A stretch of DNA of 64,000 nucleotides from Ionaspis alba. Its lineage: Eukaryota. The notes below the pieces were generated by a model, which ran no database searches, was not told the origin of the DNA, and saw only the letters and a program-made list of their open reading frames with translations. Positions 10,938 through 23,700 of the stretch are shown here, piece by piece. The DNA is taken from positions 1 through 64,000 of the forward strand of contig CAXUUL010000008.1 of NCBI GenBank assembly GCA_964255285.1, in the 5' to 3' direction. Each line of letters begins with the position of its first letter. Position 1 is the first letter of the stretch. The position numbers and the translations under genes were made by a program.

Positions 10938-13911
10938 TCACCACAACTCACAAGTAGGTTCCTTTTGTTTGCAATGAAAGCTCTCCCTGAACTCCCTCGA
11001 ATTTGCCATAGTACCCTGGAATCATGTCAGAACTCGTCGCAATATCGATACAGAACGACTTGCCAAAATACGTGCAAAAGTTGGTGAGTGCGGATCCAGA
11101 TATATTCTCCTAACCATCTCTTTGACCCTCGTTTTTCCACACCACCAATTACCATAGGATATAAAGAACAGTTGCTCCTTCGTGAATTGTTGCAACCCAG
11201 GTAAGAGTTCCCCAGGATGCTTCGCTTCACGAGCCTTCCAGGCTGCAAAGGCGGCGCTGACGCCGCCTGCATCAGCGATATTCTCGCCCAGGGTGAGATA
11301 ACCGTTGACTGGTATGACCTTGCCCGATTGATCGGTAATGTTGTAGGCATGATATTGGTCAATGAAACACTGAGCTTTGGCTTCAAAAGCTTCAACTGTG
11401 GCATTGTCCCACCAATCCGTGTAGTTACCGGTTTGATCGTAGTGACGGCCCATAGAATCGAAGGCTAGAAATGGAATGGTCAGAAGTGTTCAAAGCTGAG
11501 CCGATATGCCTAGATAGAGAGAACGAACCATGAGAAAGTTCGTGACCAGAGACCGAACCAAAAGCACCGTAGCTAAGGTACTGAGGTATTGAAGGGTCAT
11601 AGAACACGGGAGCCTGAAGTATCCCTGCTGGGAAGACAATTTCGTTTCCGGCAGGATTATAATACGCCTAAGAACATCAGTCGTTAGAGGACATGGCGAC
11701 TGTACCCAAAGAAGAAACTCTACCTACATTGACAGTTGGAGCACTCATCATCCAAAGGTTGCGATCAGTTGGTTTGCCAAGTCTGGACCACGCTCTTGCC
11801 ACTCTGGCTTTCCGCATAGATACAGTATTGTTAAAGTAGGCTGAGTCCGAAATATCGACTGTCGAATACCAGTCTTGAAGCTCCTTGGAGTCTCGTATAT
11901 TTGGAGACGCAGTAGGGTAGCCAATCTTCTGCACAATATTGTGGACTGGCATACACGCGTGAGACGAGCGACCAACTCTGGGACCTTGACATACCTTTCT
12001 CAATACCAAGCTGTCTGACTTCCTTGCTCATCCACTCTGAGGAACCCAGCTTTTTGATGAACTGATTTTTGATATCCGATATAATCAGATCTCCGAAATC
12101 TTTGGCTTCTTTGGAGAAGGCTTTCTCAATGTAGAATCTGCTCAGAATCCAACCTACGAATTCTAATCAGACGAATAGCTTATACTGAGCAGACGTTTGT
12201 ACCTAGACCTTCATCTACTGCTCTGACGCATGTTCTCCATCTCTCTTCTCTTACCTCTGGATCTTTTCCCCTGAGCACGTTGTTGAATCTCTTCAGTGGT
12301 CTTAGAGCATCGGAATCAACCTCTGAGCCATAATTTTGAATAACTTTCCAGACAAGATAGAGCTGAACGGTTTGCTTGTACGAACTTCGAAGGATCTTGG
12401 ACACGTCCTTCAAATATGAAGGCGAACCGACTATTAACTTGTCTGGAACATTTTCCGGCTTCTGACCCGAGATAACATGTTCGAACGAAAGCTCAGGGAG
12501 CAAGGCCTGGGTCCCCTCTAAAGACATCGGATTATAGTACTTAGTAACATCTTGAGCATCTTCTGGATCAGGGCTCGCATTGGCCAACGTGGTTTCAAAT
12601 TCTACAAGAGCATCGACCAATTCTTCATGTAGGGTGGTTAGGAGCAGCGTATTATTGGGCTTCGCCTCGTTGACCAAGCCTTCAAATACCTCGCCAATCA
12701 TATGCTTATAAGACTTAACGAGTTCATCATTCTTATAGTACTCCTTAGACGGTAAACCAGGTCGTGGGGAAGAAATCATGATCACAGTGCTGTCAGGGTC
12801 TTCGTCATCAGCCTATTATTGTCAGCGTTCTGACATGATTAGTGGTAGTAGAGGACCCTAAGTTGAAGGGGAAGGACTGTCTGAATCTTAACAAGATATG
12901 CAACACAAGCTGGGGACCGTCCAGCAGGAGCAATAGGATAAGGTAAATCTTACATCAACACCGAGAGAAACTAAGGCATCGATCCCGATGCCCAATAGAA
13001 AGGCGACCACATTTGACAACTCTTCCTTGCCGTCGAGTGAAATACTCATCTGCTGTTGATCTTTGAGCTGCACGAACGAGCTATGCATGTCGTAGGGCTT
13101 CTTTGCGGGAAATATATCTTCAACTTTCCGCAAAATGTCGATCAATGGACCAGAATGTTGTGCTTTGATTGTCGACTCGTCCATACACGAACTGTAAGTA
13201 GCCTGCATCTTGTTGAAATTCTCTTCTTCCGTTGAGCTGATCTGGTCAATCTGGGCCGTGCTTTTAGGAAAGGGAGCCTCAAGAATGTGGCGGAGCATTG
13301 TTTGAGATGTCTCATGCATATAAGTGCCTGTAAAAGCGTCCGACTGGTCCTCGCGAAGGTCATGTCCGAGGTCCCAGCCCTCGCAGATATAAGAACGGAA
13401 GTCGTTGCACGGGTCAATCTCCTTGTAATTTGGAGAGATATCACGCAAAAGCTCAGAAGCAGCCAAAACACAGCCAGGAGTTACACAGATCGTAGATGCC
13501 CTAGTCCGTGTAAACTTCGGACGGGGGAAGAGAACGTCTCTTGCTACAGGATTTTGAGCTTGCATTGCCGATTCTGCGTTCGAGAAGCGTACCTGCGTGC
13601 ATAGAACCAACGAAACTTACTACCAAACAAGACATTACAAGCAGGGCGAGCAGTGTGGGCCGGAACCTCTTCCGCTCATCCCAGGAAGCCTTCGGCAAAC
13701 GACGCATACGAGCTATCTCGACCAGTGAAGCTCTATGCCTAGCAAAATCGTCGCTGCTCAGGTCGTCAAAAGCTGCCGTAACAGATTGATTGCCGTCTTC
13801 CGCAGCTACCAGTGACTTCTGGTTGCGCTCGAGCTGAGCGGCCTCGTTGTTGATCACTCGACTGCTACCACGAACCAGGTACCGTAACGCAGACCGTCCT
13901 TTTGAAAGCAT
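10938..13911 (-). CDS. Neprilysin/endothelin-converting-enzyme family (M13) zinc metallopeptidase, multi-exon, N-terminal membrane anchor
   Basis: [10 protein letters not shown]...[26 protein letters not shown] zinc motif, [17 protein letters not shown]-terminal EPTCELW. Hydrophobic stretch [17 protein letters not shown] near the N-terminus. Confidence 0.92.
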
Positions 13912-14476
13912 AATGATGATCGTAAACAATGTAAAAACGAAGGATGATCGGGTGAAGCCTGTCCTTGTATCGAGGGAGGTGAAAAACCGAATCACATGAA
14001 TAATGCAAGTAGTATATACCAAGGCGCTAGCTACTCCTATCACTCATAAGAAACCGTCCTGTAAGACCAAGAAGCTCCTTTAGTAGAGAGTACGACCTGA
14101 AGTCAAGCATTACCAGGGTCCAAGCACGGCGACAAAGGCGCCGACATTTCGCGGCTAAGGGCGGGAAGTGCCACGACCTGAGAGGCTCTATGTAAACTCA
14201 ACTCCACCTCCAGGCTTTCAAATTGATGGCTCATGGACACCTTGTGCTTATGGAGAACACCACCCTGTTGAGCAGACAGGAAATTGAAGACTTTGACGTC
14301 GCGTGATGCTAAAAGGCGAGTGGTTGGCGTTGTTCCTCACTTTTGAACGTGGAAATCTGTGAACAATGTCTAGAAGAAGCTGGGTCCAACACAGATCTCG
14401 GAGTTCTCCCTGACCAGTTCTTTTCCTCACATTTTCTGTCAACGCTTCGGAGCTGGCTCAGCCGTCCGCAGGAGAC

Positions 14477-17117
14477 ATGGACCTAGGAGATCGCCATCAT
14501 CAAGATGAGGGAGGAGCCGAGCCAGAAGAGCAGGTTAAGCGTCCCAGGCAGCTACCCAAGGATTTGCCAAAGTCGTTGGATGATCGAAAATATGTGCGTA
14601 GCTATGGTGGAGAAACCGAGATGTATGATGCCTGGCAAGGTATGGAGTGAGCCTTGACACAGTCAATGCTGCATTAAATACAGCTAAATCAATTTTTTAG
14701 GCCAATCTCATTATGTGAATCCATTTCCTACTTCGCCCCTCCCTTTCAACTTATCGATTGATGGCAATGGATACGAAGAAGATCAATTCCACCAAAGGGC
14801 GGAGGAAAATGATGCCCGCTTGACAGAGATGCTGGCTGCACAAGCTGCCCACCGTGAGGACGGATCTGCTATGCAAGACGACGAAGATATTGTTACGAAT
14901 GCCAAATACTCAGACGCTGAGAAGCGAATCATACTACAGAAATCCCTTCATATGGCGGCCAGCAATGGAGACGTGGACCGCGTTCAAAAGCTGGTTAACA
15001 GCAAGGTTAGAGAGTACATCGATATCAATGGAGCCGACGAGGAGGGTACTGCACCGTTAATATATGCTAGTTGTTTTGTATGTAGAAGGTTTATCAGACG
15101 GAGAAGTTGATTCTAGAATGCTGATATAGAATAAAGGGGCACCATGAAGTTGTTTCAACGTTGCTGGATGCTGGAGCACAAGTTGACCGCCAAGACAGAA
15201 ATCATTGGACATCCCTTATGTGGGCACTTACAAACCGTCATAAAGACATCGCTAAGACCCTCCTGGACCGCGGTGCATCAACGGATGTCAAATCGTCTTC
15301 TGGCAGGACGGCCTCTGATTTTGCTCTCCCTAACAGTGAAATGTCGGATTATCTGCATGAGAATGGCTATCACATTGGAGATGGAGGTATTGGAGATGAC
15401 TTCTATGACAATGGTCTCACGCAAGATAGATTTGAGCAAGAGATGGAAGAAAGCGAGATGAAGCGCCGTATGATGATGGAAAGCTCTAGAAATCTAGAGG
15501 TGGATTTGTCCAGTCTGGGGATGGATGAACGACCGGAAGTATGTGCTTCACTTTCTACGCACAGTCCAAGGCTTACTGATGTGTTTGCAGACCCCTGAAG
15601 AGTTTGACGAGCAACAGGAATTCGTCTGGGACCGGTGCCTCCACGACCAGATGTTTATTTTCCAAGAAAGCCAGCTTGATCGGATACTGGACATCATCAT
15701 TACGAATATGACACCACAAAGAACCCGCTCTCAGAAACCTGTACCGGCCAACATATTGTTTCTCAGTGCAAGGTATGCGCATTACCACGCAAATCATGAA
15801 CTACTGGCCATGCTGCTTGTTAGTGCCATGGACAAGGTAAATGACAAGGTGGAGCGGCATCAATGGGACATGACAGTTCTTGCTTTCTGGATATCTAATG
15901 CAACTTTACTTCTACACTACCTTAAGAAAGACACTGGCTTGGTTGGGGCGACAACGGAATTCCAAGTTCAGCTTGTAGAGCTGATCAATGAGATTTTCAT
16001 CTTGATCATAAGAGATGCTGAGCGAAGGATGGACAAAGTTTTGGACGCTTCTATGCTAGATCATGAAACCATTCCAGGCTTTGAGGACGTTCATTTTGCC
16101 AGCGACTGGAAAATCTTCCGGTCAAAAACCAAAGTGCAGACACCAGAGCCCTTGAGTGTCAGACCTCAGGCACCGAACAGGAGGGCGCAGATTTCACCAC
16201 GCAACATCACGTCCCTACTCTCGTCAACTCTTTTCGTCCTCGAACTGTATGACATACACTCTGTGATTATCTCGCAAGTACTCGGGCAGTTGTTCTATTG
16301 GATAGGTGCCGAACTCTTCAATCACATCCTCTCTCGCAAAGCTTATCTCGCTCGAACCAAAGCGATGCAGATCCGCATGAACGTGTCAGTTCTGGAAGAA
16401 TGGGCACAGTCAAATAACAGATCACCTGAGCATTACGAGAATGGTTCACTCACTTCATCGGGGGAAAATACGGTTGACGCAGCTCGCAAGCATCTTACAC
16501 CTGTCGTTCAGCTGCTCCAATGGCTCCAATGCTTCTCTTCCCGAGGGGAAGATCCTGAAGTATTCGAGGATACCTTAAAGCAACTGACGCGTCTCACACC
16601 TCAACAGCTGATTCATTCAAGCAGTAATTACAGATACGAGGTTGGGGAGAAGGCGCTGCCAAAATCTGCGAGGAAGCGCCTGCAGGCTTTGCACACCGAA
16701 GCCAAGAAACGGAGAGAAAAGCTCCGGGACGATCGACAATTAGCAGCAAACCAAGTTCCTCGACCTGCTAGCTCCCAGCAGACGCCTCCGCGAACGCCGA
16801 CCGAGAAGCATAGTGGCAATATCAGCATTTCTTCACCCTCGTCCATCCACACCCCGAATGGCATAGACGTCAGAGAAGATGACGAGATCGAGGAGGAGCA
16901 ACTGCTCATGGATCCCGCTCATATGCTACAATTCACTCTCCCAACAAGCGTTGATCTGAGACTGAGGTACGGAGCTGGATATGGAGGCATGAATCGCGAG
17001 AACGAACGAAAGTATATTCCGACAGTACCACAAGAATTTCTCTCCAAACTGGATATCAATAGAAATGGAGGTTTTTCGGAGAGATCAAATTGGGATGGGC
17101 AAGGCTTGGATGCGTGA
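14477..17117 (+). CDS. Ankyrin-repeat and DIL (dilute) domain protein, multi-exon
   Basis: Ankyrin repeats (LHMAASNGD, TAPLIYASCF-GH, WTSLMWALTNRH, GRTASDFA). DIL-like segment LAFWISNATLLLHYL...KAMQIRMNVSVLEEWA...QLLQWLQ...LTPQQL...YRYEVGE. ATG 14477; exon 1 ends at a GTATGG donor. Confidence 0.85.
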
Positions 17118-17538
17118 TAGGGTGTACGGTTATGTGATATGCATGGCCATGGGGTTTGGGGAAATGAATGATCTCTGCCGTTATGTGAAGTTTAATTGTT
17201 GTATACCAAGGAGATTCATTGGCCTCGCGAGAAGGCTTTGTAGGCAGGAAGAAAGTCTCTCCATCTCACAAGGAATATACGAGGACACAAATCCCCAATG
17301 CTACAAGACTGTCGTAGGCTTCGTGGGCTGTTGCGTTTATCCTTGCTAGTTTCTTCAGGTCTGCAGTGAAGCCCTCGTGAAAACGATAGGCGAGCCCCGC
17401 CATCTCAATGTTGACGGTTGAGCCAACATGCACAGCACGGATTTATATCCCTCGACGCCCTCATATCAACCCCTTACGGTACCTCCATAATCTTCTTATG
17501 CCTTGATACCTTCCAATTGGAACCATTCTATAGGCACA

Positions 17539-18739
17539 ATGGCTGAGAAGACGACCTCCTCGCCCTCGCCAATCAACAATAACGCCCCGCCTCCCACCAA
17601 ATCCACACCACCACAAGTCTTCAGCTCTGACTTCATCCCCGCTGCCGAAATTGAGAAGACCTTCCGCTCTACAACTATAGGTGGCCACCCTCTCTGACAT
17701 CCATCATTGATGATCCCACACCTCCGAGTCACCTTAATAGTCCGCTCACACCCCACCTGCAGATCTTATCTCCTCCGCCCTCCCCTCCTCAATTCTACGC
17801 ATCTCCGATGAGTTTTTCGCCCCCGCTACCTCCCTCTTAGCACCCACACCACCAACACACCGCCCCGGCGTCTTCGTTGCCACCGGTGCCTGGTACGATG
17901 GATGGGAAACGCGGCGACACAATCCCGCTGCTTACGACCACGTCATAATCAGACTAGGCGTCGCCAGCGGGGTGGTCAGAGGTGTGGAAATCGATACGGC
18001 GTTTTTCAACGGGAATGAGGCACCGGAGATCAGCGTGGAAGGTGTATTTGAAACGGGCGAGGGGGCTTATGAGAGGGTGAGGAGGCTAAGTGAGGATGGG
18101 TGGAGAGAGGTGCTGGGTAGGAGGGCTTGCGGACCAAGTCGCAGACATGCGTGGCGAGTGGAATCTGGGGAGCCGATTACGCATGTGAGACTGAGGATGT
18201 ACCCTGATGGTGGGATTGCTAGGTTTAGGCTCTACGGCACGCCTGTTCCTGTCTGGCCTGAGGACCCGGAGACGGAAGTCGAGCTCAGTGCTGCAGTGAT
18301 GGGAGGTGTGGCGGCGGCGTGCAGCGATGAGCATTTTGGGCGTGCGGGAAACTTATTGCTACCGGGCAGGGGCAAGGATATGGGAGATGGATGGGAGACA
18401 AAGCGCTCGAGACAGAAGGGGCACACAGATTGGGTCGTTGTGAGATTGGGAGGCAGAGGGGAGGTGGGGAAATTAGTTGTGGATACCAGACATTTCATTG
18501 GGAATTATCCGAGAGGTGTCAGAGTTGAGGGGTGTGATATTGGAGAGGGAAGTGAATGGGAGGAGGCGAAGTGGGTGGAGGTGCTGGGGGAGAGAAAGGT
18601 TGGACCGGACGAGGAGTTTGTATTTGAAGGTGGATTGACGAACGTTAAGGGAAAAGCATTCACGCATATGAGGTTGACGATATTGCCAGATGGAGGGGTG
18701 AAACGATTTAGAGTATTTGGGACCAGAGCTTGGAGGTGA
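17539..18739 (+). CDS. DAL2: Allantoicase (purine catabolism), 2 exons
   Basis: Two allantoicase repeats: SDEFFA...WYDGWETRRHNP...IDTAFFNGN...RLRMYPDGGIARFRLYG and CSDEHFG...MGDGWETKRSR...VDTRHFIGNYP...PDGGVKRFRVFG. Intron 17681-17762. Confidence 0.95.
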
Positions 18740-19152
18740 GGGCGAGAAACTTTGGACATATCGATTCATTCCTATGGTCCTATTTTTCGTCGGTAAGCCT
18801 TAGAATTCAGTATATGCCTCCTTGGGATAAAATACAAGAGCTGATTACGCTGACGGACGAACATTAATAGACGAAGATTGCGATCAAGTATTCTGATCAA
18901 TTCATTCAACGTCTCGTTGGAGATATCATTCGTCATACACTAGCAAAGAACAAAACACTGCACGACCGTGAACCTCAACGCCACAGAGGTAGCAAATTTG
19001 TAGGCAAATACTGTAACCCTATACATATCTTCATTCTCGAACTCCTTGCGTCCACAGCTACCATCTTGGGCCTGTTCTCCCCTGGATCTCCTTCGCCTCT
19101 TATATAGTTTGTTCAATTCCTCTCTTGCTTCTCAATTTTGACCTCTCGTTCC

Positions 19153-20067
19153 TCATAATCCAAGTTTCTGCTTCTTTATCCTCGGTACTACTCCTACCAA
19201 CACAAGCACACTCGCCACCACAACAGCCCAAAGCTGTATATGCAACTTACCCACGTTGAAGTCCGTATACGTTGCCGCACATACTGTCGCGAGGAACATG
19301 ACCAGAATCAAGTACCCGCTCATCCGATGATACTTGTAAACGGTCTTCGCCCTCTCAACGCTACCGAACACCCCGGGCGTGTAGAATTGCGCCAATCCCA
19401 CGAGCACTTGCGTGATCAGCAGGATGTAGGTTACTAGCCCGAAGATGGCGTGCGCAGAAACGAAGTGTGTGCCGCCGTGGGAGATCTTGTTGTACTCGAT
19501 AATGACGAGACCGGCAATAAGAGACGCCAGGGCGGTGAGGTTGAGAGCTGCGTGTATATTGGTGCCAAGGTGTTTTTGAGATGGGGAGTGCGTAGGTTGC
19601 AGGATAAGGATAGCCTGCGTGATGAGGAGGATGCCCGCGGAGTTGAGGAGCTGGGCAAGGGCGTGGTCAGCGCAAGGGAAGGGAGGGGGGAGGGAAGGAG
19701 AATGTGGTGCGAGTGGAGGTACGCACCGGGTGGGCAGAGAAGAGGATGAGGTCAGCGTTGAAAACTGCGGACCAAACTATGGCTGCAAGCTTTCGTCCTA
19801 TCAGCCAAGTGTCTCGGTATTGATTGGGCAGACTACTCACGATCCAGATTCCAGCTTGAGCGACGACGGCGGTGCCTGTTTGAAGACTATCAGAATTCGT
19901 CCACTCGTACAGCTATATATCGACAGATAGTCACCGATCACGAGATTGAATTGGATGCCTTTGCCAGCCGGCTGAGAAGCATCGCCGGCCTGGCCAAGGA
20001 GAGGCTCGTCCTCTGCATGGTCACGGTTTGAAGGCGGGGTTTCTGGGATGCCCGTCGCTGAAGCCAT
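19153..20067 (-). CDS. Cytochrome b561-domain membrane protein, multi-exon
   Basis: MASATGIPE...EDEPLLG N-terminus. Hydrophobic helices with conserved His (FSAHP, LILQPT...H, HFVSAHAIFG, YKYHRMSGY). C-terminal PRIKKQKLGL. Confidence 0.82.
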
Positions 20068-20784
20068 ATCGTCTTGCAAATGAAGAAGTGTGAGACAGCC
20101 GACTAAATGGCAAAGGGATTCGTAACTAGAAGGATTGGATCCGAGAAGGAAGAGGGTATGTGCGGGGTTACATTGATAATTGTTGCAATGAGGCCGGCTA
20201 TTTATCAGGACATGGAGAGCAGGGTGCATTCGGCTGGCGGACCGTAAGTGGTCTCGATATCGAGATGGGCTCAGGCGGTCATTAGAATGAGCTTCCACCT
20301 ATCGGAGAGGTTGCGCTGCTCCATTCGATGATCATGTGGCCTTGACGGCATCATCGAAAGCTAGTGGCCCACAGCGCGTCGAATTTACACACCTGCTCCA
20401 TTCGCAATGCTCACAGTATCCGTTCCTCAAAGACAGCGTGCAGATTTAATGATGATATCGATCCATCATATCGTGTATATGATGCCTCCATCGCACGCTT
20501 CATATGAGAAGACGCCGTTTCCGTATAAGATATTTGCTTTGATTCAACCTTCATACCCAGACTATTATTGTTACACCAAGACGGTGGACAAAAGATGTCA
20601 AGAGCCTCCTCATAAAGGAGAAAACGCCCCTCGCTATGCTTGTGACAGAAATCCTTCCGGAGTCATTCCTCGCTATGCAGAGAGCACAGATATCCATCCA
20701 CTCCCGAGAACAACATCGTCAAATCGTACGTCATCAGCAGAGCCTCCACCCGTTTCAGCCGAAAGGAAACACCTATTAGTACAT

Positions 20785-23700
20785 CTACTTCGATCTCCCA
20801 CTCCTGCCTCCCTTTCTCCCTTCTCTGCCTTCTTTCGCCTTCACAGCGGCCTCTTCTTCCTCTCTTTCCTCCTGCTCCTTCTCCAGTAATTCCGTTGGCT
20901 TCGGTCTGTCCTTCAAGAATATGTGTGGCTTCCCCGGCTCGAGGATGTCAATGATGATGTGGCCGAGATCGCGCCACTCCACTGGTTTCATTGAATAATG
21001 CGTGAACCCTGCAGCTGCAGACTCACGCCATCCTTTAGTCATGACATTGGCGGAAAGTGAGACCATAGGAAGAGGAGGATAGTGGTTTTCCGCTTCCCAC
21101 GTACGGATGGTACGACAGGCGGTGTAGCCATCTAGGCGAGGCATTTCGATGTCCGTCTCAACAGAGCCATGTCAGCAGATGATTAACAGCTACAAGACGT
21201 TGGATGAAAGAAGCGCAACCAAGATAGAACACGAGGATTTTATCATGAGGAGAAGACTTACGACAACCAAAGAATAATGGAGGGGTTTGTGAGCAAAGAC
21301 TTTGTCGACACATTCTTGGCCGTCCCAAGCTTTGGTTACTTCCATTCCACAAATACGGCCCAGAAAATTGACAAGAAGCTATTGACATATTCCGTAAGTC
21401 CTGTACACACAAGTATTGGCAATTTTCCTACCTCCATGTTAAGATGATTGTCCTCCACGGCAAGAACGCGAATCCCCTTCCCACCTAGCACATTCTTGAA
21501 TAAAGCATAGGATGTCCGTTGTGCAAGCTGCTTTTCCTTTAACTCAGCACGAGACCCATCGTCATCGTTCTGCGAGTTCTCTTGGTCCGGGTCGAAGATC
21601 TTGGCAAATTTGTGCGGCTTTGCCGGCTTAAGGAGAAAGCGAAGACGGTTGTCAGCGGCCAGCTGTTTGTAATCGAAGTCCGGAGCACCGACCGTGATCG
21701 CTTTTTTCTGTGCTTGGTCGGTGACCACCACAATACACGTGTGAGGGTGAGAGATCGAAGCCAGGATTTGATTCATGAATGCCAGAACCTGCTGTGCCTG
21801 ACTGAGCTGGAGGACGATATGCGTGAAAGTAACAGGGTCATCGCCACTGATCATGTTCTGGCTTGATTCTACGTCGCCATCAGTGGTCAATTGGGCGGGA
21901 ATTGACTTTGGTAGGATGCGTTGGATATGATCCTGCGTTGTACGCCTCGTATTCTCTTGCGGGCATACAATCAAAATGGAGAGCATGGGAGGGCGGAAAG
22001 ATTCAGCTGCAACCGTTGAAGGCGTATTATTGTCACTTTCAGCATTCTCGGATATTCCGGTAAGACCAAGAGACGGTCGCGGTGTAGCTCCGCTATCATC
22101 GGAAGGTCCGCTGACGTTTGACCCCAGTTGAGATGGTAATGTTAGCTTCATCGTAGTCCCTTGAGATCCACTGTCCATAGTGGAGGCTGACGACCTTAGA
22201 GAACGATGGAATGGGTTCGAACCAATCGACGGATCCGAGCTGCTTGATGACATCAACGCAGGGGAGTCCGTGCCAGTCCTCAATAGTCGAGGGGCAACAG
22301 TGCCTGGAGACTCCATCACCCCAGCACGGAAAACATGGCCCTGGCTTGAGATGGCCGGTGATGGTAAGACAGATCCGGATACGCTCGGGGTCAGAGCATC
22401 ATTCGATTGGCTCAGTGAGCCTCGAGTGGCAAAACGTGCGAAGAATGTAAAAGTGGAACCTTTCCCAGGCACACTGGTTGCGTCGATCTGACCGCCATGT
22501 AGCTCGACCATGGTCCTACAAAGAATGAGACCCAGACCTGTGCCGCCAACATTGCGAGTATCGTTGTTATCAATTTGACTGTAGGGCTTGAAGAGCAGTT
22601 TCTTGTCTTCTTCCGTAAAGCCGGCCCCTGTGTCCTTAACCATGAAGTGTATCAAAATATCGTTTTCGTCGAGTTTGCCACTCGGTGTGCTCTCGGGAAC
22701 GTGATCCAAGAGGTCGCACTTCACGTAGACTTCTCCGTGTTTTGTGAACTTGATGGCGTTGCCAATCAGGTTCAACAAAATTTGCTTAATCCTTCCAGAG
22801 TCGCCTTTGACAGTCGACGGTACGTCTTCGGTCATTTCGTAGCAGAGTTCGAGCCCTTTCTCCGTAGCCTTGGACATCAAGGTCTCCATGACCTCCTCGA
22901 TAATGGAACGTGGACTGAACCAGGAAAGAGAAAGCTTGAGCATCTTTGCCTCAGCTTTCGAAACATCCAAAATATCATTGATCAACGTGTGCATCCCTTG
23001 AGCGGCCTTCTGCGCTCCGAAAGTCCAGTCCTGTTGATGCTCGTCTAATCCACTGTTCGCCAAGAATTGCAGATTACCAAGGATGCCGTTCAAGGGTGTC
23101 CGGATCTCGTGGGACATGGAGCTGAGGTATCCCATTTTTCGGCTCATCTCCTTCTCCAGAGCGTCATTAGCTCGTTTCAGCTGGGCCTCGCTGTTCTTCT
23201 GGTCACTAATATCTGCGCAAGCAATGAACCATTCAACGTCTAACTTGTCCCAGTTGATCGATTCAATGTAAGAGCCTTGCACTAGATGCCATCGAAATTC
23301 CCCTTTAGCCGACTTCAATCTCATTTCTGTTGTGATGGTAAGGTTTCCCTGTGCATCCTTATTGCATTTGATGATTCCGTCCTTCACCAGGCCCTGAAGT
23401 AAATCATTCGGAGCTTGGACGCCTGAAGAAGGAGAAGATGGATCGGACCCGAGAGCTTTCATAGTCTGGTCAGTATCAGTAGTCCCCTGGGACTGATTCG
23501 TGGATGTTGATGAGTCTTGGCGAGCAGTGCGTCTCTTCCGTGGTGGGGTCTCTTTCGACGACATGGACGTGGAATCAGTTCCAAACCCAGGAAAGCGACA
23601 TTTGACGAGATCGTCGGGATGAACGTGTTGAAGAAATCCAAACCCAAGAGCTTCCGGCTCGTCCTGTCCTGAGTAGGAGCACCATTGTTTATTCGCGAAC

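Noticed and set aside
12813..12954. Longer M13 peptidase intron with two branch-like motifs as another stwintron
   Set aside because: No internal donor is positioned to rebuild a splice signal, and the upstream CAG acceptor is out of frame.
17350..17538. Purine-pathway activator (UaY-type TCGG-N6-CCGA) site in the allantoicase promoter
   Set aside because: No such inverted repeat was seen; only isolated GATA-like words that occur by chance.
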